Origin: Sphingomicrobium sp.
GTDB taxonomy: Bacteria; Pseudomonadota; Alphaproteobacteria; Sphingomonadales; Sphingomonadaceae
Length of the DNA stretch: 64,000 bases
Assembly (NCBI GenBank): GCA_039918915.1
Contig: JBDSGQ010000042.1
Coordinates: forward strand, 5,086-69,085
Reading direction: 5' to 3'
In this document: piece by piece, positions 37,904-47,027 of the stretch
How the letters are laid out: every line of letters begins with the position of its first letter
How positions within the stretch are numbered: the stretch's first letter is position 1
Made by a program: the position numbers and the translations under genes
The notes under the pieces: model-generated
What the model saw: only the letters and a program-made list of their open reading frames with translations
Database searches by the model: none
What the model was told of the DNA's origin: nothing

Positions 37904-38587
37904 ATGCTCATTCCCGCCATTTTGCTTGCCCTGGTCGGCCTCGCCGCGGGCGCTCCCCCGCAAATCACCGTCACCGGCCACAGCTGGGCCCCGTTCATCA
38001 GTCCGATGGGCGAACCGTATCGTGCTCGCGCGCCGGGGCACGACACGATGGCGGACTGGTTTCACCGCGCCGACCGTAACGGCGACGGCGTGCTGACCGA
38101 TGGGGAAATGAGCGCGGACGCCGAACGCTTCTTCCTGACGCTCGATACCGATGGCAATGGCCAGATCGAGCCGGAAGAGCTGGTTCAGTACGAATGGGAT
38201 GTCGCTCCCGAAATCCAGGTCGGGGCGCGGTGGCGCAGATCGAGTTCGGCACCGAAGCCATCGGCCACCCAAGCCCGTAACGAGGACAGCCGCGGCAGCG
38301 ACGGCCTCGATCTCGGCTTGCAGGGAGCCGCACGCTACGCCTTGCTCAACATTCCCGAACCGGTCGCCGCCGCCGACTACAATTTGGATCGCGCGATCAG
38401 CCTCGCCGAATTCCGCGCAGCGGCAAGCGAAAGATTCGGGCGGCTCGACCGCAATCACAAAAGCGGCGTGACGCTGCAGGACATGGAAGCGCTTCGGCCC
38501 CCGGAATTCGTGCCCGGCGCCCACGCCAAGCGCCGCCCCAAAGACCCGGATGTACGGGTCGGTATTCCCTTGCCCGCTGGCGACTAG
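37904..38587 (+). CDS. Secreted EF-hand calcium-binding protein
   Basis: Signal peptide MLIPAILLALVGLAAGA. EF loops DRNGDGVLTDGE and DTDGNGQIEPEE. Paralogue of the next gene. Confidence 0.75.
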   Translation: MLIPAILLALVGLAAGAPPQITVTGHSWAPFISPMGEPYRARAPGHDTMADWFHRADRNGDGVLTDGEMSADAERFFLTLDTDGNGQIEPEELVQYEWDVAPEIQVGARWRRSSSAPKPSATQARNEDSRGSDGLDLGLQGAARYALLNIPEPVAAADYNLDRAISLAEFRAAASERFGRLDRNHKSGVTLQDMEALRPPEFVPGAHAKRRPKDPDVRVGIPLPAGD

Positions 38588-38637
38588 CGCGCGATGGTCG
38601 CCCGGTCGAACCCAGCGCGAACGGCGCGAAAGGCCTG

Positions 38638-39324
38638 ATGATGCTCCTTCCCTTGCTACTTCTCGCGGCCGCCCAAACCGCGGCTCCACCGACAATTGCT
38701 AGCCCCAGCCGATCCGATGGCACCCAGCGTCTCGGCCGTGCTTTCATGAGCCCGATGGGCGAACCGGTGTTCGGTCGCCTTCCTGGCGAGGACGGGCTCG
38801 CTGCCTGGTTCGTCGACTCCGACCTCGACCACGATGGGACGCTGACCGGGGATGAGATGGTTGCCGATGGTGAGAACTTCTTCCGGATGCTCGACACCGA
38901 TGGCGATGGCGAGATCGGACCCGAAGAAATTGAATATTATGAGACGCGCATCGCTCCCCGGGTCCGGGTCCGCACGGCGATGGGCGACAACGGCCTGGTT
39001 GCGCGCGAGGGAAATGCAACGCGCAGGTTGGGCGCCGATAACGAGGCTGGCGCCGGGCGCTTCGGGCTGTTGCAGATCCCGGAACCGGTCATGTCGGCCG
39101 ATTCGAACTTCAACCGCGGCGTTTCGGCCGACGAATTCCGCCAGGCAGCGCTCCTACGCTTCCGCCTGCTCGACGTCAGCGGTACCGGTCGCCTGACCCT
39201 TCCTCAGCTCCAGGCGATCCGCCAGGCAGCCATCGGCGCATCGAATCGCCGTCCGCCGCCGCCTGCCGGAGCGAGTAACGATGCCGGGGCGGCGGAAAAC
39301 GGCATCCGGCCAGGGACCCGGTAA
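38638..39324 (+). CDS. Secreted EF-hand calcium-binding protein (paralogue)
   Basis: Signal peptide MMLLPLLLLAAAQTAA. EF loops DLDHDGTLTGDE and DTDGDGEIGPEE. It shares the SPMGEP... and LL.IPEPV motifs with 37904..38587. Confidence 0.75.
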   Translation: MMLLPLLLLAAAQTAAPPTIASPSRSDGTQRLGRAFMSPMGEPVFGRLPGEDGLAAWFVDSDLDHDGTLTGDEMVADGENFFRMLDTDGDGEIGPEEIEYYETRIAPRVRVRTAMGDNGLVAREGNATRRLGADNEAGAGRFGLLQIPEPVMSADSNFNRGVSADEFRQAALLRFRLLDVSGTGRLTLPQLQAIRQAAIGASNRRPPPPAGASNDAGAAENGIRPGTR

Positions 39325-39325
39325 C

Positions 39326-39661
39326 CTAGCGACCCATCCAGTTGGTCGTGCCGGGCGGAATTCGCACGGTTAGCGTCGCCATCTCCTCAGTAATCAGGAT
39401 TTGGCACGCCAGGCGCGACGTCCGGACGGCGTGGCTGGCGAGGTCGAGCAAGTCTTCCTCCTCTTCGCTGGCGGGCGGAAGCGCCGCGAAATCGGATGGG
39501 TCGACGATGACGTGGCAGGTCGAACAGGCCATGACCCCCTCACACGCGCCCTCAAGTGGTTCGCGCGCCGCCCAGGCGACATCCAGCAACCGCTCGCCGA
39601 CCGACGCCTGGACTTCCTTGTCGAGCGTTCCATCGGCCTTGCAGAACCTCACCAGGGTCAC
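39326..39661 (-). CDS. fdx: 2Fe-2S ferredoxin (adrenodoxin/Fdx type)
   Basis: ...LEGACEGVMACSTCHV...SRLACQI cysteine pattern. GTGA overlap with the upstream desulfurase gene. Confidence 0.9.
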   Translation of the reverse strand: MTLVRFCKADGTLDKEVQASVGERLLDVAWAAREPLEGACEGVMACSTCHVIVDPSDFAALPPASEEEEDLLDLASHAVRTSRLACQILITEEMATLTVRIPPGTTNWMGR

Positions 39662-40776
39662 GCGTCGAGTGTCTCCTGTGCGACTGCGGCAGCGGCAAGC
39701 CGCTGGCAGGCGTCGACCAACTCCCGCTCACCGGTGTAACGGCCAAAACCCAGCCGCACCGCCGACCGGGCCGCGCGATAATCCAGGTTCAGCGCGCGAA
39801 GGACGTGGCTTGGGCGCCCCGATCCGCTTGCGCAGGCCGATCCAAGAGAGAAGGCGATGTCGCGAAGGTCGGCCAATAATCGTGCGCCGTCAACGCCTTG
39901 CCGACGGATGTTGAGGTTCCCTTTGTAGCGGCGGTAAGTGCTGCCGTTGATCTTCCAGCCATCGCCTAGCGCCTTGATCGCCGCAGCCCACAGCCTCTCG
40001 ACATGATCATGATCGCGGGTGCAACGGTGGTGGGCAAGCTTTGCCGCCGCGCCAAATCCGACACAAAGCGCTGGCGACAGGGTTCCCGAACGAAGTCCCT
40101 GTTCCTGCCCGCCGCCATGGATCAACGGTTCGGGCTCGCGACCCTTGCGCATCCACAGCGCGCCAACTCCCTTGGGGCCGTGGAGCTTGTGGGCGCAGAT
40201 GGCGACCAGGTCGGGCCCCTCGGGCACATCCATGCGGCCAAACCCCTGGACCGCATCGCACAGCATGAGCGCACCCGCGCGATGCGCGATGTCGGCAATT
40301 TCGGCGATTGGCTGAATTACCCCGATCTCGTTGTTGACGAGCATTGCCGCGACCAGTCCGACGCGCTCGTCCATCGCGCGTTCCAATAGGGCGATATCGA
40401 GCAGTCCGTCGGGCTTCACCGGCAGGATGGTGACGTCGACCCCTTGCTCCGCCAGCCATTCGCAGCTGTCGAGCACTGCGGCATGCTCGGTGGCGATGGT
40501 GATGATGCGGTCGCGGTTGGGCTGAAACTTGGCAGCCGTGCCCTTGATCGCCCAGTTCAGCGCTTCGGTCGCGCTTCCGGTGAACGCAATCGTGCCGCCC
40601 TTGAAGCCAAGCGCCTGTTCGATCTGCCGCCGCGCCACCGCGACTGCTGCTGCAGCTTCATGGCCTTGCCGCGAGGGGGAGTTCGGATTGGCGAACCGTT
40701 CGACCATCCATGGCTCCATCGCGGCCGCGACTTCGGCGGCGACCGGCGTCGTCGCCTGATAATCGAGATAAATCAT
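39658..40776 (-). CDS. Cysteine desulfurase (class V aminotransferase, NifS/IscS-like), copy 2
   Basis: MIYLDYQATTPV...FTGSATEALN...CAHKLHGPKGVGAL...LGSACASGS. PLP lysine and catalytic Cys contexts are present. ATGA overlap with copy 1. Confidence 0.9.
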   Translation of the reverse strand: MIYLDYQATTPVAAEVAAAMEPWMVERFANPNSPSRQGHEAAAAVAVARRQIEQALGFKGGTIAFTGSATEALNWAIKGTAAKFQPNRDRIITIATEHAAVLDSCEWLAEQGVDVTILPVKPDGLLDIALLERAMDERVGLVAAMLVNNEIGVIQPIAEIADIAHRAGALMLCDAVQGFGRMDVPEGPDLVAICAHKLHGPKGVGALWMRKGREPEPLIHGGGQEQGLRSGTLSPALCVGFGAAAKLAHHRCTRDHDHVERLWAAAIKALGDGWKINGSTYRRYKGNLNIRRQGVDGARLLADLRDIAFSLGSACASGSGRPSHVLRALNLDYRAARSAVRLGFGRYTGERELVDACQRLAAAAVAQETLDA

Positions 40777-41852
40777 GCCGCTTGCGCTCCCGCGCGCGCA
40801 CCGATCCGGCGCCACTCACCGACCAGGCGGGCGATATCCGTTTCACTGGTGTCCGGGCCAAAGCTGACGCGGACGGTGGATTCGGCAGTTTCACGGGCGA
40901 TGCCCATCGCCCCAAGCACTCGGCTGGGTTTCATGCTGCCCGAAGAACAGGCGCTTCCGGCCGATACCGAGATTCCCGCAAGATCGAACTGAACCAGCAA
41001 ATTCGCGCTTAGCACGCCAGGCATCGCATAAGCCCCGATCGTGGCAAGCCGCGGTGCGTCGGCCGCAATGACCACGCCGCCCGCCTCGACGATCGACCGC
41101 TCAAGCTCGCGGCGCAGCGTTTCCAGCCGCGGCATTGCGTCGGCGAAGGCGCGCGACGAAAGCGCCGCCGCCATCGCCGCCGCCGCTGGCAGGTTCTCCG
41201 TACCCCGGCGATAGCCCCGCTCCTGCCCACCGCTCGCTTCCAGGGTTGCAAGATCCTTGACCAGCAGCGCACCGGCGCCCGGCGGGCCGCCGAACTTGTG
41301 CGCTGAAATGGCGATAAAGTCCGCGTCGGGAAGCGCGATCTTGCCCGCTCCCTGCGCGCAATCGGCAAGCAGCAGCGATCCCGCATTGCGAACGAACGGC
41401 ACGATGCGGTCGATCGGTTGAATTACCCCGGTTTCATTATTGATCAGCTGAACCGCCACCAGTGCCGGGCCATTGGCCAGCGCTCGGTCAAGTGATTCGA
41501 GGTCGATGAGCCCGCTTCCATCGACCTCCAGCACGGCCGCGCTCGGCCCCATCGCGGCGACGACCGCGTCATGTTCCGTCGGCCCAGTGATCCGCCCGGC
41601 GGCACCGACGCGCTCCGCGGCAATGGCGATGGCCTCGGTCGCACCCGAAGTGAAAATGACGTCATGCCGCCAGCCGAGGGTGTCGGCGACGCTCCGGCGG
41701 GCCGCTTCCAGCGCCGCTCGCGCCCGGCGTCCGTCGGCGTGGGGCGAACTGGGGTTGGCCCATTCGCCCAAGGCCTGCGCCATGGCCGCTTGCGCCGGCG
41801 CGACGACCGGCGTGGTTGCGGCGTGATCAAGGTAAAGGCTGCGAGACCGCAT
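40773..41852 (-). CDS. Cysteine desulfurase (class V aminotransferase), copy 1
   Basis: From ATG 41852: MRSRSLYLDHAATTPV...FTSGATEAIA...SAHKFGGPPGAGAL...SAGSACSSGS. Confidence 0.85.
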   Translation of the reverse strand: MRSRSLYLDHAATTPVVAPAQAAMAQALGEWANPSSPHADGRRARAALEAARRSVADTLGWRHDVIFTSGATEAIAIAAERVGAAGRITGPTEHDAVVAAMGPSAAVLEVDGSGLIDLESLDRALANGPALVAVQLINNETGVIQPIDRIVPFVRNAGSLLLADCAQGAGKIALPDADFIAISAHKFGGPPGAGALLVKDLATLEASGGQERGYRRGTENLPAAAAMAAALSSRAFADAMPRLETLRRELERSIVEAGGVVIAADAPRLATIGAYAMPGVLSANLLVQFDLAGISVSAGSACSSGSMKPSRVLGAMGIARETAESTVRVSFGPDTSETDIARLVGEWRRIGARAGAQAA

Positions 41853-41970
41853 CAAAAGCCGGGGATTCCTGCCGATTGCCACATCATCGCGCGACCCTAT
41901 ATAGGACCGCGTGCCGCCGCGCATCTGTGCTGGTGCGGCCTATCGTTCCAGATCGTGAGCCTTGCCATCC

Positions 41971-42654
41971 ATGCCTGAAGTCATTTTCCCCGGCCCCGAA
42001 GGACGCCTCGAAGGGCGTTTTCAGCCGGGCAGCCGCCCCCGCGCTCCAGTCGCCCTGATCCTTCATTCGCACCCGCAGGCCGGGGGCACGATGAACAACA
42101 AGATCGTGCAGCTGCTCTACCAAACCTTTGTCCGCCGCGGTTTTGCGACCTTGCGCTTCAATTTTCGCGCGGTTGGCAAAAGCCAGGGCGTGTTCGACAA
42201 TGGCATTGGCGAACTGAGCGATGCCGCAAGCGCGCTCGACTGGGTCCAGGCGATCCATCCCGAAGCGGAGACGACCTGGGTCGCCGGGGTCAGCTTCGGC
42301 GCCTGGATCGGCATGCAATTGCTGATGCGCCGCCCTGAAATCCGCGGATTCATCTCGATCGCTCCGCCGGCCAACATGTACGATTTCAGCTTTCTCGCCC
42401 CCTGTCCCTCGTCGGGCATCATCATTCAGGGAGAAGCCGACGAAGTGGTTACTCCGGGCGCGGTTCAAAAGCTCGTCGACAAGCTCCGCACGCAACGTCA
42501 CATCACCATCACCCACGACCTCATTCCCAACGCGAACCACTTCTTCGCCAATGAGCTCGATCTGCTGATGAAGTCCGTCGACGATTATCTCGACATGCGG
42601 CTTGCGACCGACCCGATCAAACCATCGCTTCCGTCCCGCTCCTCGCGGTCGTGA
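41971..42654 (+). CDS. Alpha/beta hydrolase fold protein
   Basis: ...VALILHSHP..GGTM.NK...LRFNFRAVGKSQG...VAGVSFGAW (nucleophile elbow G-x-S-x-G)...IQGEADEVV. Confidence 0.8.
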   Translation: MPEVIFPGPEGRLEGRFQPGSRPRAPVALILHSHPQAGGTMNNKIVQLLYQTFVRRGFATLRFNFRAVGKSQGVFDNGIGELSDAASALDWVQAIHPEAETTWVAGVSFGAWIGMQLLMRRPEIRGFISIAPPANMYDFSFLAPCPSSGIIIQGEADEVVTPGAVQKLVDKLRTQRHITITHDLIPNANHFFANELDLLMKSVDDYLDMRLATDPIKPSLPSRSSRS

Positions 42655-42713
42655 CCGATCGCGCCGAGCGGCCTTTCACCAAGACTTAACCTCATTGGGT
42701 CCATATCGGGGGA

Positions 42714-42968
42714 ATGACTTCCCCGAACTCACAGGCGCGGCTCGACGAAGCCTTCGAACGGATCGAAGGAACGATCCTGCCGTGCATTGCGATGATGATC
42801 GACACGCTCATCGACGCATCCGAGTCGGTTCCGGGCGATCAGCGCCGCTTTCTTGCAGCGGAACTTGAAACGCTTGGCGCGGAGCTTGAGGAGCTGACCC
42901 GGACCATCGAGCGCTCCAGCTCCAATCAGGTCGAGCCAGGCGAATACCGGACTCGCACCGCGGCCTAG
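42714..42968 (+). CDS. Small acidic hypothetical protein (84 aa)
   Basis: ORF track only. GC-rich third positions and GGGGGA before the ATG. No family recognised. Confidence 0.4.
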   Translation: MTSPNSQARLDEAFERIEGTILPCIAMMIDTLIDASESVPGDQRRFLAAELETLGAELEELTRTIERSSSNQVEPGEYRTRTAA

Positions 42969-43912
42969 TCCGACACTAACCGGGCGTGGAGCTCGGGATC
43001 CACATTCCCGCCCGACAGCACCACGACCGTATCCTCAAGCGGCGCGACCTTGCCCGCAAGCAGCGCGCCAAGGGCCACGGCACCGCCGGGCTCGACCTTC
43101 AGCCCGTGCCGTTGCCAGGCGAAAGCCATCGCCTCGCCGGCTTGCTCATCGCTGACGGACAGCGCCTCGGCGCCGCGGCTGCGGAGGATATCGAACGTGA
43201 TCGGCGATACGCGCGGAGTCTGCAGCGCGTCGCACCAGGTGTCGGGCGCGTCTGGCGCGACCGGCACGATTTGCCCCAGCGCCAGCGATCGGCCCATGTC
43301 GTCCCATCCATCGGGCTCGACAATCACCAGTTGCACAGTCGGCAGGGCAAGCGCGATCCCGGCCGATAATCCGCCGCCGCCGCACGGCACGGCGATTCGC
43401 GGCGGCTCGAAGCCAAGCTGCTCGGCGATTTCCAGCCCAACCGTGCCCTGGCCGGCAACGATTGCCGGATCGTCGAAGCTCGGCACGATTGTCGCGCCGG
43501 TGTCGGCCGAGATCCTGGCGGCGATTGCCTCGCGATTCTCGGTGCGCCGGTCGTAAAACAGAATTTCGGCGCCTTCAGCGCGCGTTCCTTCGATCTTAAC
43601 CTGCGGCGCATCGGCGGGCATGACGATCACCGCGCGAATACCTAGCCGCCGAGCCGCGATAGCCACTCCGCGGGCATGGTTGCCGGATGAAAAGGCGACG
43701 ACTCCGCGTTCCCGCTCGGCTTCGCTCAACTGGAGCAAGCGGTTGGTCGCGCCCCGCAGTTTGAATGCGCCGCCGGTCTGGAGGCACTCGCATTTGAGCC
43801 AGATTCGCGTCCCCGCCACTGCGCTTTCGACAAGCGGGGTTCGCTGCACTTGCGCCGCGATCCTCAGGCTTGCTGAAACGACATCTTCCCGCGTCACCTG
43901 ACTGGATGCCAA
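42965..43912 (-). CDS. PLP-dependent threonine/serine dehydratase family (possibly hydroxyaspartate dehydratase or serine racemase-like)
   Basis: ...RTPLVES...IWLKCECLQTGGAFKLRGATNRL...SSGNHARGVA...PCGGGGLSAG. The start is uncertain (TTG 43912 or GTG 43897); the ORF-track N-terminal extension looks non-genuine. Confidence 0.8.
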   Translation of the reverse strand: MASSQVTREDVVSASLRIAAQVQRTPLVESAVAGTRIWLKCECLQTGGAFKLRGATNRLLQLSEAERERGVVAFSSGNHARGVAIAARRLGIRAVIVMPADAPQVKIEGTRAEGAEILFYDRRTENREAIAARISADTGATIVPSFDDPAIVAGQGTVGLEIAEQLGFEPPRIAVPCGGGGLSAGIALALPTVQLVIVEPDGWDDMGRSLALGQIVPVAPDAPDTWCDALQTPRVSPITFDILRSRGAEALSVSDEQAGEAMAFAWQRHGLKVEPGGAVALGALLAGKVAPLEDTVVVLSGGNVDPELHARLVSD

Positions 43913-44099
43913 ACTATTGATTTGCTTACCTTTCGACCAACCGTTGCAAAAGTGTGCCAAATCCCGCCCGGCCGATCCGGGATGCACCAAAAAATCTTTA
44001 CAGCGGGCACCCTCGACCATATATCGCGCTTCCGCTGCCCCATGGGACTTCCAACCGCAAGGCAGCTTTGTCGAACTAGACTGTTGGAGGTCCCTTGAG

Positions 44100-45329
44100 T
44101 TGTTCAAGCATCATCGCGCGCTGGGGCTAGCTAGCGCCCCGAACGGCATCCGATCGGGTGCCGACATCGCCCAGTTGAAGCCGGTTGAACCGGTGACGCT
44201 TCTGCGTCCGCACGCCGCGCGGCGCGCGGCCCGCTTCTTTACGGAGAAGTTTCCGGGCCGGTCGCTCTATGCGGTGAAGGCCAATCCGTCGCCCGACTTG
44301 CTGCGAATCCTGTGGGACAGCGGCGTCACCCACTACGACGTTGCCTCGATTGGCGAAGTTCGGCTGGTTGCCGCGACCCTGCCGCTGGCCGTGCTGTGCT
44401 TCATGCACCCGGTAAAGGCCGAAGAAGCCATTGCCGAGGCGTATCACGTCTATGGCGTTCGCACCTTCAGTCTCGATTCGCTCGAGGAACTGGACAAGAT
44501 CGTCGAAGCGACTGCGACCGGCGGGATCGCCGCGACCGATTTGAACCTCCTCGTCCGCATCCGCGTCAGCTCGGAACACGCCAAGCTCAGCCTGGCGGCG
44601 AAGTTCGGTGCCGATCCGGCCGAAGTGAAGGCGCTCCTGATGGCTGCTCGGCAGGCCTCGGACGCGCTTGGCATCTGCTTCCACGTCGGCAGCCAGGCAA
44701 TGACCCCCGCGGCTTATGCCGAAGCGCTCAGCCGGGTTCGCGATGCGATTGTCGAAGCCGCGGTGACGGTCGACATCGTCGACGTCGGTGGCGGCTTTCC
44801 GTCCTGGTATCCGGGCATGGAGCCGCCCGCGCTGGAAAATTACTTCGCTGTCATCCACGCCGGTTTCGAAGCGCTGCCGATCAGCTATTCGGCCGAATTG
44901 TGGTGTGAACCGGGTCGCGCGCTGTGCGCCGAATATGCCAGCCTGGTCGTCCGCGTCGAACGCCGCCGCGGTGATGAGCTGTACATCAACGACGGCGCTT
45001 ATGGCGCGCTGTTCGATGCTGCCCACATTGGCTGGCGCTATCCGGTGCGCTTGCTGCGCGATGCCCAGTCGACCGTTCGGCCGATGGGCTTCAGTTTCTA
45101 TGGCCCGACCTGCGACGATCTCGACCACATGGCTGGCCCGTTCGACCTGCCGGCCGACGTTCGTGCCGGCGATTATATCGAAGTGGGGATGCTCGGCGCC
45201 TATGGCTGCGCCATGCGCACCGCCTTCAACGGGTTCGGCACCGGCACCGCGGAAATCGTTACCGACGAGCCCATGGCAAGCCTCTACGGCGCAATCGTGC
45301 CGAAGCTGTCCAACGTGGTAACGCTCTAG
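44100..45329 (+). CDS. Type III PLP-dependent (alanine-racemase fold) ornithine/lysine decarboxylase
   Basis: TTG 44100 is preceded by GGAGG at 9 nt. ...SLYAVKANPSPDLLRILWDSG..YDVASIGE...ICFHVGSQ...VDVGGGFP...EPGRAL...YGPTCDDLD motifs. Confidence 0.85.
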   Translation: MFKHHRALGLASAPNGIRSGADIAQLKPVEPVTLLRPHAARRAARFFTEKFPGRSLYAVKANPSPDLLRILWDSGVTHYDVASIGEVRLVAATLPLAVLCFMHPVKAEEAIAEAYHVYGVRTFSLDSLEELDKIVEATATGGIAATDLNLLVRIRVSSEHAKLSLAAKFGADPAEVKALLMAARQASDALGICFHVGSQAMTPAAYAEALSRVRDAIVEAAVTVDIVDVGGGFPSWYPGMEPPALENYFAVIHAGFEALPISYSAELWCEPGRALCAEYASLVVRVERRRGDELYINDGAYGALFDAAHIGWRYPVRLLRDAQSTVRPMGFSFYGPTCDDLDHMAGPFDLPADVRAGDYIEVGMLGAYGCAMRTAFNGFGTGTAEIVTDEPMASLYGAIVPKLSNVVTL

Positions 45330-45450
45330 ATCAACCCCGCGCGCTTCGGCGCGCGGGCCGCGGAGGGTGAGGCTGTCCCCTCCAAACGCGAACGACATGC
45401 CTTGCCTCGCTCTCGCCCGCTCGCGCGGGGGAGGACAGTTGGAGTTGGGA

Positions 45451-46509
45451 ATGAACCAGGAAAGCAAGATCAACGACACGCGCAAGGCGGAGCTCCTGTC
45501 GAGCCCTGTCGAGCATATCGACATCACCACCTTCGACGCGCGCCCGATCGTCGAGGCGATGGGCAAGATGAGCTTCACCAGCCGCGATCTGTCCCGCGCC
45601 ACCGGCCTCTATAACCAGATGCTGGAGGACTCGAGCTGCTCGATCATCCTGGTGATTGCCGGCTCGACCTCGGCCGGGGGCTGCATGGATCTCTATGCCG
45701 AGCTGGTGAAGTCGAACATGGTCGATGCGATCGTCGCCACCGGCGCTTCGATCGTCGACATGGATTTCTTCGAAGCGCTTGGCCACAAGCACTTCCAAGC
45801 CAATGAAATCCCTGACGATGATACGCTTCGCTCACTTTACATCGATCGCATTTACGACACCTTTATCGACGAACAGCAACTGCAGGATTGCGATCACACC
45901 ATTGGTGCCATCGCCAACAGCCTGGAGCCCAAGCCCTATTCAAGCCGCGCGTTCATCCGCGAAATGGGCAAGTGGCTGAGCGAAGGCAACGCCAAGAAGC
46001 AGGGCAGCCTGGTCCAGCTCGCCTACGAAAACGACGTGCCGATCTTTTGCCCGGCGTTCGTCGACAGCTCGGCCGGCTTCGGCCTGGTCAAGCATCAGGT
46101 TGACGCCATGAAGGCTGGGAAGCCGTACATGGTGCTCGATGCCATCGCCGACTTCCGTGAACTGACCGACATCAAGATCAAGGCCGGCACCACCGGCTTG
46201 CTGATGATCGGCGGCGGCGTTCCCAAGAACTTCACCCAGGACACCGTCGTCTGTGCCGAAATCCTCGGCCACGAGGATGTCGAAGTGCACAAATATGCCG
46301 TTCAGATCACCGTTGCCGACGTTCGCGACGGCGCTTGCTCGTCATCGACGCTCCAGGAAGCGGCAAGCTGGGGCAAGGTCTCGACGGCAATGGAACAGAT
46401 GGTGTTTGCCGAGGCCACCAGCGTCCTGCCGCTGCTCGCCAGCGACGCCTGGCACCGCGGTGCCTGGAAGACCCGGGCCAAGCGCGCTTTTGCGAAGATG
46501 TTCGACTAG
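45451..46509 (+). CDS. Deoxyhypusine synthase-like protein (candidate homospermidine synthase)
   Basis: From ATG 45451 (GGAG upstream). ...IILVIAGSTSAGGCMDLYAELVKSNMVDAIVATGASIVDMD...IFCPAFVDSSAGFGL...MIGGGVPKNF...LQEAASWGK matches the DHS-family pattern. Confidence 0.85.
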   Translation: MNQESKINDTRKAELLSSPVEHIDITTFDARPIVEAMGKMSFTSRDLSRATGLYNQMLEDSSCSIILVIAGSTSAGGCMDLYAELVKSNMVDAIVATGASIVDMDFFEALGHKHFQANEIPDDDTLRSLYIDRIYDTFIDEQQLQDCDHTIGAIANSLEPKPYSSRAFIREMGKWLSEGNAKKQGSLVQLAYENDVPIFCPAFVDSSAGFGLVKHQVDAMKAGKPYMVLDAIADFRELTDIKIKAGTTGLLMIGGGVPKNFTQDTVVCAEILGHEDVEVHKYAVQITVADVRDGACSSSTLQEAASWGKVSTAMEQMVFAEATSVLPLLASDAWHRGAWKTRAKRAFAKMFD

Positions 46510-46539
46510 TTCAATTGCTATCCGTAACGAACTGACGCA

Positions 46540-46570
46540 CCCTCTCCCTGGAAACAGGGGGAGGGTTTTT
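46540..46570 (+). terminator. Rho-independent terminator after the DHS-like gene
   Basis: CCCTCTCCCTG-GAAA-CAGGGGGAGGG (11-bp stem, GAAA tetraloop) followed by TTTTT. Confidence 0.75.
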
Positions 46571-46571
46571 G

Positions 46572-47027
46572 ATGCACGGTTACAGCCCGATATTAGCGCC
46601 GGTGGTCGCGCTGGTCGCGTGGACGTTCGTGGTTATGCTGTGGATGTTCGCCGCTCGGTCGCACGCCTTCCGCAAGGCCGGGATCACGCTGGCCAATGCC
46701 CCGCGCGGCGGTCGCGGCGTCGACCTCGAAGGCCAGGTCGATGCGACCGACCAGTGGAAATCGCACAATTACAACCATTTGATGGAACAGCCGACGCTGT
46801 TCTACGCAATCGCTCTGTCGCTGGCGTTCATGAACTTCGGCGGCGGCATCAATTATTGGCTGGCGTGGGGCTATGTCGGCTTTCGAATTCTCCACAGCAT
46901 CGTCCAGGCGACTTTCAACATCGTCCTTTACCGCTTCACCTTTTTCGCACTGGCGTCATTGTGCCTGCTGGGGCTGATCGTCCACGCCGGCTTCAAGATC
47001 GTCCACGATTGCGGCCTTATCGGCTGA
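46572..47027 (+). CDS. MAPEG family membrane protein
   Basis: Four hydrophobic segments. ...HNYNHLMEQPTLFYAIALSLA...WGYVGFRILHSIV fits the MAPEG family. The ATG lies 1 nt after the terminator T-tract. Confidence 0.8.
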   Translation: MHGYSPILAPVVALVAWTFVVMLWMFAARSHAFRKAGITLANAPRGGRGVDLEGQVDATDQWKSHNYNHLMEQPTLFYAIALSLAFMNFGGGINYWLAWGYVGFRILHSIVQATFNIVLYRFTFFALASLCLLGLIVHAGFKIVHDCGLIG

